A stretch of 64,000 nucleotides of DNA, taken from the NCBI RefSeq assembly GCF_003334335.1, contig NZ_QOWQ01000007.1. One strand, given 5' to 3'. This DNA comes from Escherichia coli. GTDB lineage: Bacteria > Pseudomonadota > Gammaproteobacteria > Enterobacterales > Enterobacteriaceae. Positions 49,123 through 62,166 of the stretch are shown piece after piece; positions within the stretch are counted from its first letter, which is position 1, and each line of letters starts with the position of its first letter. Below the pieces are notes generated by a model. It saw nothing but the letters and a program-made list of their open reading frames with translations. It ran no database searches and was not told the DNA's origin. Both the position numbers and the translations under genes were made by a program.

Positions 49123-49532
49123 CAGACTGGGTCCTGAATCAAAGAAGGGGAGAGTAACGACTCTTTCCAGGCATCGGCAATATTGCGCATTAATGCTTCC
49201 ACTTCTTCGACTGCGGAGACATCGTTGCGTAAATTGGCTTGCAGCAAGCGCCTGACCATATAGCTATAAAGAGCAATCAAGTTTTGGGTTAGTTCGTCTT
49301 TGCTCTCTTCATCAAGACTCACCCGCAGTCCGTTCTCAATGATGTTGATCGCTTTTGACAAAGAGACGCCTTTGCCTTGCTGATTGTTGTCCTGCATAAA
49401 CAGGCGCGCTCTAACCAGTGCGCTCAGCACTCCATCAAATAGCATGGTGACCAGCTGCTGCTGGCTGGCGCTCATTACGGCGCTTTCGACGCCAATTTGT
49501 GCATAGGCCTGGGTGCCTTTTGCTGCGTACAT
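49122..49532 (-). CDS. fliS: flagellin-specific chaperone FliS
   Basis: 136-aa ORF. Confidence 0.95.
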   Translation of the reverse strand: MYAAKGTQAYAQIGVESAVMSASQQQLVTMLFDGVLSALVRARLFMQDNNQQGKGVSLSKAINIIENGLRVSLDEESKDELTQNLIALYSYMVRRLLQANLRNDVSAVEEVEALMRNIADAWKESLLSPSLIQDPV

Positions 49533-49556
49533 GACCTGTCTCCCGATGAATAATGA

Positions 49557-50963
49557 TTACTTGGAATTACTGTTGTTTTCGAACTGCTGCGTTAAGTAGC
49601 TGCTGGTGCTGTTTAACGAGGTCATTAAAACGTCCAGTTGGGTAAATTGTTCTTTGTAGCGCGCGACCTGCGCATCAATGCGATCGCTGGCGGCGTTGTA
49701 GTCTTTAGTTAACTTATTCAGGGTTTTACTAACGCCATCGGTAGCGGCTTTAATAATGCCCGTTGTCGAAAGCCAACTGGTCAGGTTGCTGCCGATGGTG
49801 GTTGTGATGCCGGTTTTTTTACCATCGCCAACAATCAATGCACCTACGCCGCTGGCATCTTTTTTCAGTGCAGCGGTGAGTTTGTCGGCATCCAGTTCCA
49901 GTTTGCCATCGCTGGGATCGGTCGTGATACCAATCTGTGCCAGCGTTTTATAGTTGGAAGAACTGACGGTATTACTCAGCATCGATTTCAACTGCGTCTG
50001 AATCGTCCGCAGCGTGGAGTCGCCGAGCAGTGCGCCATTGCTAGAACTCTGGCTATCAGCTCCCGCATCTACGGCGGTGTATTTGGTCAGGCTGCTGAAG
50101 GTATCTATTAGCGAGTTATAGGCATTCACCCAGTCTTTAATCGCTGTTTGCGCTTTGGAGGTGTCCTGAGTGATGGTTAGCGTCTGGTTGCCCGTGGTGA
50201 CATCGTTCAGGTTCAGGGTGATGTTTTCCAGCGCGTCGCTGATGGTGTTGCTGCTGTTCTCGATGGCGACGTTGTTGACCGTCAGCTGCGCATTTTGGGC
50301 GGCGACCGAAACCTCCATGCCGTTGCTGCTGGCACTGGCGTCATAGCCCATAAAACTTTGTAGCGCATCATCACCACTGACCGAGAGCGTCATCGCATTA
50401 TCATGGCCGGTGTCATTAGATGTGACTGACAGACGATATTCACCGTTACCCACGTTAATGATGCTTGCGCTTACGCCTGCTTTTGCGTTGTTGATAGCAT
50501 CACGGATCCCGCTTAATGACGAGTTAGCTGCGCTGATATCAATGGTAATCGGATCTTTGTCGCCGCCTTGTTGAATGGTGAGTTTACTGTCGCTGGTGGC
50601 AATCGCCGTTTTCGTATCGTCTCTGGTGGTGCGTGTGGTCAGGGTTTGCGCCTGCGCCAGATGGGTGACGCTGATGGTGTATTTCCCGGCGATGGCGTTA
50701 CCCGCAGTGGTGGCACTGAACGCGGTGGTGCTGCTGGTGGTGCTGGTGGCGGAAAAAAGATCGGTTTTAGACAATGCAGTATTGGCGGTCTGGAAAGTCG
50801 TCAGCGCGCTTTTCAGCGTACCGTAGGCGCTAAGTTTAGCGGTAAACGACGATTGCTGATTTGAAATAGGGGTTAGCGTCGCTTTTTGCGCGGCGGTGAG
50901 GCTATCGAGGATTGAACTTAAATCCAGACCTGACCCGACTCCCAGCGATGAAATACTTGCCAT
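49557..50963 (-). CDS. fliD: flagellar filament cap protein FliD
   Basis: 468-aa ORF. Confidence 0.95.
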   Translation of the reverse strand: MASISSLGVGSGLDLSSILDSLTAAQKATLTPISNQQSSFTAKLSAYGTLKSALTTFQTANTALSKTDLFSATSTTSSTTAFSATTAGNAIAGKYTISVTHLAQAQTLTTRTTRDDTKTAIATSDSKLTIQQGGDKDPITIDISAANSSLSGIRDAINNAKAGVSASIINVGNGEYRLSVTSNDTGHDNAMTLSVSGDDALQSFMGYDASASSNGMEVSVAAQNAQLTVNNVAIENSSNTISDALENITLNLNDVTTGNQTLTITQDTSKAQTAIKDWVNAYNSLIDTFSSLTKYTAVDAGADSQSSSNGALLGDSTLRTIQTQLKSMLSNTVSSSNYKTLAQIGITTDPSDGKLELDADKLTAALKKDASGVGALIVGDGKKTGITTTIGSNLTSWLSTTGIIKAATDGVSKTLNKLTKDYNAASDRIDAQVARYKEQFTQLDVLMTSLNSTSSYLTQQFENNSNSK

Positions 50964-51006
50964 GCGATTTCCTTTTATCTTTCGACACGTAAAACGAATA
51001 CCGGGG

Positions 51007-51033
51007 TTATCGGCCTGAATTGCGCAAAGTTTA
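51007..51033 (-). promoter_or_regulatory. sigma-28 (FliA) promoter of fliDST
   Basis: Minus strand reads TAAACTTT-N11-GCCGATAA, a near-perfect match to the sigma-28 consensus TAAAGTTT-N11-GCCGATAA. Confidence 0.8.
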
Positions 51034-51125
51034 CGTTTAATTGTTTTTTTTAATAGCGGGAATAAGGGGCAGAGAAAAGAGTATTTCGGCGACTAACAAA
51101 AAATGGCTGTTTGTGAAAAAAATTC

Positions 51126-51152
51126 TAAAGGTTGTTTTACGACAGACGATAA
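51126..51152 (+). promoter_or_regulatory. sigma-28 (FliA) promoter of fliC
   Basis: TAAAGGTT-N11-GACGATAA about 75 nt upstream of fliC ATG. Confidence 0.8.
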
Positions 51153-51228
51153 CAGGGTTGACGGCGATTGAGCCGACGGGTGGAAACCCAATACGTAATC
51201 AACGACTTGCAATATAGGATAACGAATC

Positions 51229-52875
51229 ATGGCACAAGTCATTAATACCAACAGCCTCTCGCTGATCACTCAAAATAATATCAACAAGAACCAGTCTGCG
51301 CTGTCGAGTTCTATCGAGCGTCTGTCTTCTGGCTTGCGTATTAACAGCGCGAAGGATGACGCAGCGGGTCAGGCGATTGCTAACCGTTTTACTTCTAACA
51401 TTAAAGGCCTGACTCAGGCTGCACGTAACGCCAACGACGGTATTTCTGTTGCGCAGACCACCGAAGGCGCGCTGTCCGAAATCAACAACAACTTACAGCG
51501 TATTCGTGAACTGACGGTTCAGGCGACGACCGGAACTAACTCCACCTCTGACCTGGACTCCATTCAGGACGAAATCAAATCCCGTCTCGATGAAATTGAC
51601 CGCGTATCCGGCCAGACCCAGTTCAACGGCGTGAACGTACTGTCTAAAGATGGCTCGATGAAAATTCAGGTCGGCGCGAACGATGGCGAAACAATTACTA
51701 TTGATCTGAAGAAAATTGACTCTGATACGCTGGGGCTGAATGGGTTTAATGTGAACGGCAAGGGGGAAACGGCTAATACGGCAGCAACCCTGAAAGATAT
51801 GTCTGGATTCACAGCTGCGGCGGCACCAGGGGGAACTGTTGGTGTAACTCAATATACTGACAAATCGGCTGTAGCAAGTAGCGTAGATATTCTAAATGCT
51901 GTTGCTGGCACAGATGGAAATAAAGTTACAACTAGCGCCGATGTTGGTTTTGGTACACCAGCCGCTGCTGTAACCTATACCTACAATAAAGACACTAATT
52001 CATATTCCGCCGCTTCTGATGATATTTCCAGCGCTAACCTGGCTGCTTTCCTCAATCCTCAGGCCGGAGATACGACTAAAGCTACAGTTACAATTGGTGG
52101 CAAAGATCAAGATGTAAACATCGATAAATCCGGTAATTTAACTGCTGCTGATGATGGCGCAGTACTTTATATGGATGCTACCGGTAACTTAACTAAAAAT
52201 AATGCTGCTGGTGATACACAAGCTACTTTGGCTAAACTTGCTACTGCTACTGGTGCTAAAGCCGCGACCATCCAAACTGATAAAGGAACATTCACCAGTG
52301 ACGGTACAGCGTTTGATGGTACATCAATGTCCATTGATGCCAATACATTTGCAAATGCAGTAAAAAATGACACTTATACTGCCACTGTAGGTGCTAAGAC
52401 TTATAGCGTAACAACTGGTTCTGCTGCTGCAGACACCGCTTATATGAGCAATGGGGTTCTCAGTGATACTCCGCCAACTTACTATGCACAAGCTGATGGA
52501 AGTATCACAACTACTGAGGATGCGGCTGCCGGTAAACTGGTCTACAAAGGTTCCGATGGTAAGTTAACAACGGATACGACTAGCAAAGCAGAATCAACAT
52601 CAGATCCGCTGGCAGCTCTTGACGACGCTATCAGCCAGATCGACAAATTCCGCTCCTCCCTCGGTGCCGTTCAAAACCGTCTGGATTCTGCGGTGACCAA
52701 CCTGAACAACACCACTACCAACCTGTCTGAAGCGCAGTCCCGTATTCAGGACGCCGACTATGCGACCGAAGTGTCCAACATGTCGAAAGCGCAGATCATT
52801 CAGCAGGCCGGTAACTCCGTGCTGGCAAAAGCCAACCAGGTACCGCAGCAGGTTCTGTCTCTGCTGCAGGGTTAA
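51229..52875 (+). CDS. fliC: flagellin (filament protein; H antigen)
   Basis: 548-aa ORF with N-terminus [54 protein letters not shown] and C-terminus ...[12 protein letters not shown]; variable Thr/Ala/Gly-rich centre. Confidence 0.95.
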   Translation: MAQVINTNSLSLITQNNINKNQSALSSSIERLSSGLRINSAKDDAAGQAIANRFTSNIKGLTQAARNANDGISVAQTTEGALSEINNNLQRIRELTVQATTGTNSTSDLDSIQDEIKSRLDEIDRVSGQTQFNGVNVLSKDGSMKIQVGANDGETITIDLKKIDSDTLGLNGFNVNGKGETANTAATLKDMSGFTAAAAPGGTVGVTQYTDKSAVASSVDILNAVAGTDGNKVTTSADVGFGTPAAAVTYTYNKDTNSYSAASDDISSANLAAFLNPQAGDTTKATVTIGGKDQDVNIDKSGNLTAADDGAVLYMDATGNLTKNNAAGDTQATLAKLATATGAKAATIQTDKGTFTSDGTAFDGTSMSIDANTFANAVKNDTYTATVGAKTYSVTTGSAAADTAYMSNGVLSDTPPTYYAQADGSITTTEDAAAGKLVYKGSDGKLTTDTTSKAESTSDPLAALDDAISQIDKFRSSLGAVQNRLDSAVTNLNNTTTNLSEAQSRIQDADYATEVSNMSKAQIIQQAGNSVLAKANQVPQQVLSLLQG

Positions 52876-52917
52876 TCGTCGTAAACTGATTAACTGAGAC
52901 TGACGGCAACGCCAAAT

Positions 52918-53017
52918 TGCCTGATGCGCTGCGCTTATCAGGCCTACAAGGTGAACTGCAATTTATTGAATTTGCACATTTTTGTAGGCCAGATAAGGCG
53001 TTTACGCCGCATCCGGC
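52918..53017. repeat. BIME: two inverted REP elements in fliC 3' region
   Basis: gcctgatgcgctgcgcttatcaggcctac and gtaggccagataaggcgtttacgccgcatccggc. Confidence 0.75.
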
Positions 53018-53049
53018 AACATAAAGCGCAATTTGTCAGCAACATGCTT

Positions 53050-53072
53050 CCCCGCCACCGGCGGGGTTTTTT
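53050..53072 (+). terminator. intrinsic terminator downstream of fliC
   Basis: ccccgcc-acc-ggcgggg hairpin followed by TTTTTT. Confidence 0.8.
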
Positions 53073-53133
53073 CTGTCCGCAATTTACCGGTAACCCCCAA
53101 ATAACCCCTCATTTCACCCACTAATCGTCCGAT

Positions 53134-53169
53134 TAAAAACCCTGCAGAAACGGATAATCATGCCGATAA
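53134..53169 (+). promoter_or_regulatory. fliA promoter region (sigma-28-type -10 GCCGATAA)
   Basis: GCCGATAA at 53162-53169, 26 nt upstream of fliA GTG start; -35 match is weak. Confidence 0.5.
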
Positions 53170-53194
53170 CTCATATAACGCAGGGCTGTTTATC

Positions 53195-53914
53195 GTGAAT
53201 TCACTCTATACCGCTGAAGGTGTAATGGATAAACACTCGCTGTGGCAGCGTTATGTCCCGCTGGTGCGTCACGAAGCATTGCGCCTGCAGGTTCGACTGC
53301 CCGCGAGCGTGGAACTTGACGATCTGCTACAGGCGGGCGGCATTGGGTTACTTAATGCCGTCGAACGCTATGACGCCCTACAAGGAACGGCATTTACAAC
53401 TTACGCAGTGCAGCGTATCCGTGGCGCTATGCTGGATGAACTTCGCAGCCGTGACTGGGTGCCGCGCAGCGTGCGACGTAACGCGCGTGAAGTGGCACAG
53501 GCAATAGGGCAACTGGAGCAGGAACTTGGCCGCAACGCCACGGAAACTGAGGTAGCGGAACGTTTAGGGATCAATATTGCCGATTATCGCCAAATGTTGC
53601 TCGACACCAATAACAGCCAGCTCTTCTCCTACGATGAGTGGCGCGAAGAGCACGGCGATAGCATCGAACTGGTTACTGATGATCATCAGCGAGAAAACCC
53701 GCTACAACAACTGCTGGACAGTAATCTGCGCCAGCGGGTGATGGAAGCCATCGAAACGTTGCCGGAGCGCGAAAAACTGGTATTAACCCTCTATTACCAG
53801 GAAGAGCTGAATCTCAAAGAGATTGGCGCGGTGCTGGAGGTCGGGGAATCGCGGGTCAGTCAGTTACACAGCCAGGCCATTAAACGGTTACGCACTAAAC
53901 TGGGTAAGTTATAA
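53195..53914 (+). CDS. fliA: flagellar sigma factor sigma-28
   Basis: 239-aa ORF with GTG start; MNSLYTAEGVMDKHSLWQRYV... Confidence 0.95.
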   Translation: MNSLYTAEGVMDKHSLWQRYVPLVRHEALRLQVRLPASVELDDLLQAGGIGLLNAVERYDALQGTAFTTYAVQRIRGAMLDELRSRDWVPRSVRRNAREVAQAIGQLEQELGRNATETEVAERLGINIADYRQMLLDTNNSQLFSYDEWREEHGDSIELVTDDHQRENPLQQLLDSNLRQRVMEAIETLPEREKLVLTLYYQEELNLKEIGAVLEVGESRVSQLHSQAIKRLRTKLGKL

Positions 53915-53959
53915 CGTCAGTAAATGCCGCACTTTAACTTTGACTACCAGGAGTTCTTA

Positions 53960-54511
53960 ATGATGGTGCAGCACCTGAAAAGACGGCCATTAAGCCGCTA
54001 TCTTAAAGACTTTAAACACAGCCAGACCCATTGCGCGCATTGCCGTAAATTACTCGATCGCATTACCTTAGTTCGCGACGGCAAAATAGTGAATAAAATC
54101 GAGATTTCCCGCCTGGACACGCTGCTTGATGAAAAGGGCTGGCAAACGGAACAAAAATCATGGGCGGCATTGTGCCGATTTTGCGGTGATTTACATTGCA
54201 AAACGCAGAGTGATTTTTTCGATATTATCGGCTTTAAGCAATTTCTTTTTGAGCAAACTGAAATGAGCCCAGGTACGGTGCGTGAATATGTCGTTCGTTT
54301 GCGCCGTTTGGGGAATCATCTACACGAGCAAAATATTTCCCTCGATCAGCTGCAGGACGGTTTCCTTGATGAAATCCTCGCCCCGTGGCTGCCCACCACC
54401 AGCACCAACAATTACCGCATCGCGTTACGGAAGTATCAACACTATCAGCGCCAAACCTGTACCGGACTTGTGCAGAAATCCTCCAGCCTGCCTGCTTCTG
54501 ATATATATTAA
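53960..54511 (+). CDS. fliZ: regulator FliZ
   Basis: ORF track 53924..54511; start trimmed to MMVQHLKRRPL (183 aa). Confidence 0.85.
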   Translation: MMVQHLKRRPLSRYLKDFKHSQTHCAHCRKLLDRITLVRDGKIVNKIEISRLDTLLDEKGWQTEQKSWAALCRFCGDLHCKTQSDFFDIIGFKQFLFEQTEMSPGTVREYVVRLRRLGNHLHEQNISLDQLQDGFLDEILAPWLPTTSTNNYRIALRKYQHYQRQTCTGLVQKSSSLPASDIY

Positions 54512-54598
54512 ATAAGAATAAGATGTAGCGGAGTTGTTTTTGTGTTTACAAACAATGGCTCTACACTGCAAACAGACATAACAACATTCGGGGTGAAT

Positions 54599-56490
<1,892 letters not shown>

Positions 56491-56504
56491 CTCCGGGAAC
56501 GCTC

Positions 56505-57173
56505 ATGCAAGAAAGTATACAACTGGTTATTGATTCCTTGCCGTTCCTGCTGAAAGGGGCTGGGTATACGCTGCAACTCAGTATCGGCGGCATGTTTTTT
56601 GGCTTACTGCTCGGGTTTATTCTCGCGCTGATGCGCCTGTCGCCAATCTGGCCCGTGCGCTGGCTGGCGCGTTTTTATATCTCTATTTTTCGTGGTACAC
56701 CGCTCATCGCACAACTGTTTATGATCTATTACGGCCTGCCGCAGTTTGGTATCGAATTAGATCCCATTCCGTCAGCAATGATTGGTCTGTCGCTCAACAC
56801 TGCCGCCTATGCTGCCGAAACGCTGCGCGCCGCCATTTCTTCTATTGATAAAGGTCAGTGGGAAGCAGCTGCCAGTATTGGTATGACGCCATGGCAGACT
56901 ATGCGTCGCGCGATTTTGCCACAGGCGGCGCGGGTGGCGTTGCCGCCGCTGTCGAACAGCTTTATCAGCCTGGTAAAAGATACGTCGCTGGCCGCGACAA
57001 TTCAGGTGCCGGAGCTGTTCCGTCAGGCGCAGTTGATTACCTCGCGCACGCTGGAGGTGTTCACCATGTACCTGGCGGCTTCGCTCATCTACTGGATCAT
57101 GGCGACAGTATTATCGACGTTGCAGAACCATTTTGAGAATCAACTTAATCGCCAGGAGAGAGAACCAAAATGA
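56505..57173 (+). CDS. tcyL: L-cystine ABC transporter permease
   Basis: 222-aa polar-amino-acid ABC permease ORF. Confidence 0.9.
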   Translation: MQESIQLVIDSLPFLLKGAGYTLQLSIGGMFFGLLLGFILALMRLSPIWPVRWLARFYISIFRGTPLIAQLFMIYYGLPQFGIELDPIPSAMIGLSLNTAAYAAETLRAAISSIDKGQWEAAASIGMTPWQTMRRAILPQAARVALPPLSNSFISLVKDTSLAATIQVPELFRQAQLITSRTLEVFTMYLAASLIYWIMATVLSTLQNHFENQLNRQEREPK

Positions 57174-57922
57174 GTGCCATTGAAGTTAAGAACCTGGTGA
57201 AAAAATTTCACGGTCAGACGGTGCTGCACGGTATCGACCTTGAGGTAAAGCCTGGCGAAGTGGTGGCAATTATCGGTCCGAGTGGTTCCGGCAAAACCAC
57301 GTTGCTACGCAGCATAAATCTGCTGGAACAACCGGAAGCGGGAACTATCACCGTTGGCGATATCACTATTGATACTGCACGTTCATTAAGTCAGCAAAAA
57401 TCGCTGATTCGCCAGTTGCGTCAGCACGTCGGGTTTGTCTTCCAGAACTTTAATTTGTTTCCGCATCGTACGGTACTGGAAAACATTATTGAAGGGCCGG
57501 TGATCGTCAAAGGCGAACCGAAAGAAGAGGCCACGGAGCGCGCTCGCGAGCTGTTGGCGAAAGTTGGGCTGGCCGGTAAAGAAACCAGCTATCCACGTCG
57601 TTTGTCTGGCGGTCAACAGCAACGTGTTGCGATTGCACGTGCGCTGGCAATGCGTCCTGAGGTGATTTTGTTTGACGAGCCAACGTCGGCGCTGGATCCA
57701 GAGCTGGTGGGCGAAGTCCTGAACACCATCCGTCAGCTGGCGCAGGAAAAGCGCACGATGGTGATTGTGACGCACGAAATGAGCTTTGCCCGGGATGTTG
57801 CGGACCGGGCGATTTTTATGGACCAGGGGCGGATAGTCGAGCAGGGGGCAGCAAAAGCGTTATTTGCCGATCCCCAGCAGCCTCGCACCCGCCAGTTCCT
57901 CGAGAAGTTTCTGCTGCAATAA
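57170..57922 (+). CDS. tcyN: L-cystine ABC transporter ATP-binding protein
   Basis: 250-aa ORF with Walker A GPSGSGKTT and signature LSGGQQQR. Confidence 0.9.
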   Translation: MSAIEVKNLVKKFHGQTVLHGIDLEVKPGEVVAIIGPSGSGKTTLLRSINLLEQPEAGTITVGDITIDTARSLSQQKSLIRQLRQHVGFVFQNFNLFPHRTVLENIIEGPVIVKGEPKEEATERARELLAKVGLAGKETSYPRRLSGGQQQRVAIARALAMRPEVILFDEPTSALDPELVGEVLNTIRQLAQEKRTMVIVTHEMSFARDVADRAIFMDQGRIVEQGAAKALFADPQQPRTRQFLEKFLLQ

Positions 57923-58151
57923 TAAGAAAAAATCAGCCCCGACGATTCACCTGTCGGGGCGGGACGCCATTTCAAGCGTGATAAAACTGCTTAACAAATC
58001 AGCATAACTCATTAATAACATAAGAGAATGCGATGGCTTGCAAAAGTAATTCATTGCCTGAATAATATAAATTATATATAAATCTTATTTATGTGATAGT
58101 TTGAATTATCATTATAAATGATACTCACTCTCAGGGGCGTTGCGGTTTACT

Positions 58152-58874
58152 ATGCAGGATACGGATTTTTTCAGCTGGCGTCGCACGATGCTGTTGCGTT
58201 TTCAGAGGATGGAGGCCGCAGAAGAGGTCTACCATGAAATAGAGCTTCAGGCTCAGCAGCTAGAGTACGATTACTATTCGTTATGTGTTCGCCACCCGGT
58301 ACCATTCACGCGACCTAAAGTGGCTTTCTACACCAATTACCCTGAGGCGTGGGTTAGTTATTATCAGGCAAAAAACTTTCTCGCAATTGATCCGGTGCTG
58401 AACCCTGAAAACTTTAGTCAGGGCCATTTAATGTGGAATGATGACTTATTCAGCGAAGCACAGCCGTTATGGGAAGCCGCGCGCGCACATGGTTTACGCC
58501 GCGGTGTCACTCAGTATTTAATGCTGCCAAACCGGGCGCTGGGCTTTTTGTCCTTTTCCCGTAGCAGCGCGCGCGAAATACCCATTCTTAGTGATGAACT
58601 GCAATTAAAAATGCAGTTACTGGTGCGCGAAAGTCTGATGGCTCTGATGCGTTTAAATGATGAAATAGTGATGACGCCAGAGATGAATTTCAGCAAGCGC
58701 GAAAAAGAAATTTTGAAATGGACGGCGGAAGGGAAGACATCAGCAGAGATAGCGATGATTTTGTCAATCTCTGAGAATACGGTCAATTTCCACCAGAAAA
58801 ACATGCAGAAAAAAATTAATGCACCAAATAAGACCCAGGTTGCCTGTTACGCGGCCGCTACTGGCTTAATTTGA
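58152..58874 (+). CDS. sdiA: LuxR-family acyl-homoserine-lactone receptor
   Basis: ORF track 58140..58874; start trimmed to MQDTDFFSWRRTML (240 aa); C-terminal LuxR HTH. Confidence 0.9.
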   Translation: MQDTDFFSWRRTMLLRFQRMEAAEEVYHEIELQAQQLEYDYYSLCVRHPVPFTRPKVAFYTNYPEAWVSYYQAKNFLAIDPVLNPENFSQGHLMWNDDLFSEAQPLWEAARAHGLRRGVTQYLMLPNRALGFLSFSRSSAREIPILSDELQLKMQLLVRESLMALMRLNDEIVMTPEMNFSKREKEILKWTAEGKTSAEIAMILSISENTVNFHQKNMQKKINAPNKTQVACYAAATGLI

Positions 58875-58902
58875 TCTCTTTTCTGTCCTGCGTGCCAGAT
58901 GC

Positions 58903-58938
58903 AAAAACCGGCTGAAAGGCACGCTATCAGCCGGTTTT
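58903..58938. terminator. bidirectional terminator between convergent sdiA and yecF
   Basis: aaaaa-ccggctga...tcagccgg-tttt hairpin with A-run and T-run flanks. Confidence 0.65.
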
Positions 58939-58941
58939 ATA

Positions 58942-59166
58942 TTACTGACGGTAGGCTTGTTTAATTTGCTTAACCGTTTTGGAAAATACTGCAGCCTGGG
59001 TTTCGTCTTCGATCAGCGCAAGCTGTTTTTCCATCTTTAACATCACGCGGCCCGCGTCAGCTTGTCCCATCGCCTGTAGCATCAGCGTCAGCATTGCTTT
59101 CAGGCAGGAGACTTCATTTGCCAGTTCTTGATTATTCTCGGCAGTAGAAAAATCAGGCGTACTCAT
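58942..59166 (-). CDS. yecF: small protein YecF (DUF2594)
   Basis: 74-aa ORF; synteny. Confidence 0.8.
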
Positions 59167-59624
59167 TTATTTTCCTCGTCATGTTGCAATGAAAATTTGC
59201 GGTGAAAAATGTTAAGGCGGCGGAGTATACCATAAGCTTTGCTAAAAATAGCAGTGGTTGTTTTTTGAGCGTGATATCGGCAGTGCTATAAAATACGTTA
59301 ATATAATGACCAATAAATATTTTTATCATGAATGTTTTTTGCCCGTATTGTTCGGGTTAATTAATGTTACATATTCAGCGGGCTGATTTTCATTTTTGCT
59401 GAATAAAGTCAATTTTTGTCACATTTCATCGTAGGGCTTACTGTGAAACGATCCGGTAAGCCGTTGGTGACGGGCGTGACCATAACTGTGGACAATCGAA
59501 TTGACAAAAACGAGAGAAAAATCGAATACCCACCATTTTTAACGTTTCAAAGTTGCAATAAAAACCGCTAATATACGAATGACTAACTATCAGTAGCGTT
59601 ATCCCTATTTCTGGAGATATTCCT

Positions 59625-60281
59625 TTGATCAACGTTCTACTTGTTGATGACCACGAACTGGTGCGCGCAGGGATACGACGCATTCTGGAAGATATAAAGG
59701 GTATAAAAGTCGTCGGTGAGGCATCGTGCGGTGAAGACGCCGTTAAGTGGTGCCGGACAAATGCCGTTGACGTGGTGCTAATGGACATGAGTATGCCGGG
59801 CATTGGCGGTCTTGAGGCGACGCGTAAAATCGCGCGTTCCACAGCTGATGTCAAAATCATCATGCTTACCGTCCATACAGAAAACCCTTTACCAGCGAAA
59901 GTCATGCAGGCCGGTGCTGCGGGCTACCTCAGCAAAGGCGCGGCTCCGCAGGAAGTCGTGAGTGCGATTCGTTCTGTCTATTCAGGGCAGCGTTACATTG
60001 CTTCTGACATCGCTCAACAAATGGCGTTAAGCCAGATCGAACCAGAAAAAACAGAAAGCCCATTTGCCAGTTTGTCTGAACGTGAATTGCAGATTATGCT
60101 GATGATCACCAAGGGCCAGAAGGTCAATGAGATCTCAGAACAGCTCAATCTCAGTCCGAAAACGGTGAACAGCTACCGCTATCGTATGTTCAGTAAACTA
60201 AACATTCATGGCGATGTTGAGCTGACTCACCTGGCAATTCGCCATGGTCTGTGTAATGCGGAGACATTATCAAGTCAGTGA
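59625..60281 (+). CDS. uvrY: response regulator UvrY (BarA/UvrY two-component system)
   Basis: 218-aa ORF with TTG start after GGAG; receiver plus LuxR HTH; 4-nt overlap with uvrC. Confidence 0.9.
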
Positions 60282-62110
60282 GTGATCAGTTTGACGCAAA
60301 AGCGTTTTTAAAAACCGTAACCAGCCAGCCAGGCGTTTATCGCATGTACGATGCTGGTGGTACGGTTATCTATGTCGGCAAAGCGAAAGACCTGAAAAAA
60401 CGGCTTTCCAGCTATTTCCGTAGCAACCTCGCTTCGCGCAAAACCGAAGCGCTGGTCGCCCAGATCCAGCAAATTGATGTAACGGTTACTCACACAGAAA
60501 CCGAAGCGCTGTTGCTGGAACACAACTACATCAAACTCTATCAGCCGCGTTACAACGTTTTGCTACGCGATGATAAATCATATCCTTTTATCTTCCTGAG
60601 TGGTGATACCCACCCGCGTCTGGCGATGCATCGTGGTGCGAAGCATGCCAAAGGTGAATATTTCGGCCCGTTCCCGAATGGCTATGCCGTACGTGAAACA
60701 CTGGCGCTACTACAAAAGATTTTCCCCATTCGCCAGTGCGAAAATAGTGTTTATCGCAATCGCTCGCGTCCGTGTCTGCAATACCAGATAGGGCGCTGTC
60801 TGGGACCGTGCGTTGAAGGACTGGTGAGTGAAGAAGAATACGCTCAGCAGGTCGAGTATGTGCGCCTGTTTTTGTCTGGCAAAGATGATCAGGTGCTTAC
60901 GCAACTCATTAGTCGTATGGAAACTGCCAGCCAGAATCTGGAGTTTGAAGAAGCTGCACGTATTCGCGACCAAATTCAGGCGGTGCGACGCGTCACCGAA
61001 AAACAATTCGTTTCCAATACCGGCGACGACCTCGACGTTATTGGTGTGGCGTTCGATGCGGGCATGGCTTGTGTCCACGTATTGTTCATTCGTCAGGGCA
61101 AAGTGCTCGGCAGCCGCAGCTATTTCCCGAAAGTGCCTGGCGGTACGGAACTGAGCGAGGTGGTAGAAACCTTCGTAGGCCAGTTCTATTTACAAGGCAG
61201 CCAGATGCGCACCTTACCGGGTGAGATCCTGCTCGATTTTAATCTTAGCGATAAAACGCTGCTCGCCGATTCCCTTTCAGAACTGGCGGGACGCAAGATT
61301 AATGTTCAAACCAAACCTCGCGGCGATAGGGCGCGTTATCTGAAACTCGCGCGCACCAATGCGGCGACGGCCTTAACCAGCAAACTTTCGCAGCAATCTA
61401 CCGTTCACCAGCGACTGACCGCGCTTGCCAGCGTGTTGAAATTGCCGGAAGTGAAGCGGATGGAGTGCTTTGACATCAGCCATACCATGGGCGAACAAAC
61501 CGTCGCTTCCTGTGTGGTGTTTGATGCTAACGGCCCGCTGCGTGCGGAGTATCGGCGCTATAACATTACAGGCATCACGCCGGGCGATGATTATGCGGCG
61601 ATGAATCAGGTGCTGCGTCGGCGTTATGGTAAAGCCATTGACGACAGTAAGATCCCGGATGTGATCCTTATCGACGGCGGCAAAGGCCAGCTTGCGCAGG
61701 CGAAAAATGTCTTCGCCGAACTGGATGTCTCATGGGATAAAAATCATCCGCTGCTACTTGGCGTTGCCAAAGGAGCAGATCGTAAGGCTGGACTGGAAAC
61801 GCTGTTCTTTGAGCCGGAAGGTGAGGGATTTAGTTTGCCGCCAGATTCACCCGCGCTGCATGTTATCCAGCATATTCGCGATGAATCACATGATCACGCG
61901 ATTGGCGGGCACCGTAAAAAACGGGCGAAGGTCAAAAATACCAGTTCCCTGGAAACCATTGAAGGCGTCGGGCCAAAACGTCGGCAAATGTTGTTGAAAT
62001 ATATGGGCGGTTTGCAAGGTTTACGTAACGCCAGCGTCGAGGAAATTGCAAAAGTGCCGGGTATTTCGCAAGGTCTGGCAGAAAAGATCTTCTGGTCGTT
62101 GAAACATTGA
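60278..62110 (+). CDS. uvrC: excinuclease ABC subunit C
   Basis: 610-aa ORF with GIY-YIG N-terminus ([24 protein letters not shown]). Confidence 0.95.
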
Positions 62111-62166
62111 TGTCTCTGTAGCAACATAGGGGTAATCTTACTGACAACAGATAGTTACCCGTCATT

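Noticed and set aside
57939-57962. Hairpin after tcyN as an intrinsic terminator
   Set aside because: The stem ccccgacg...cgtcgggg is present but no U-tract follows on the plus strand, so I did not call it a terminator.
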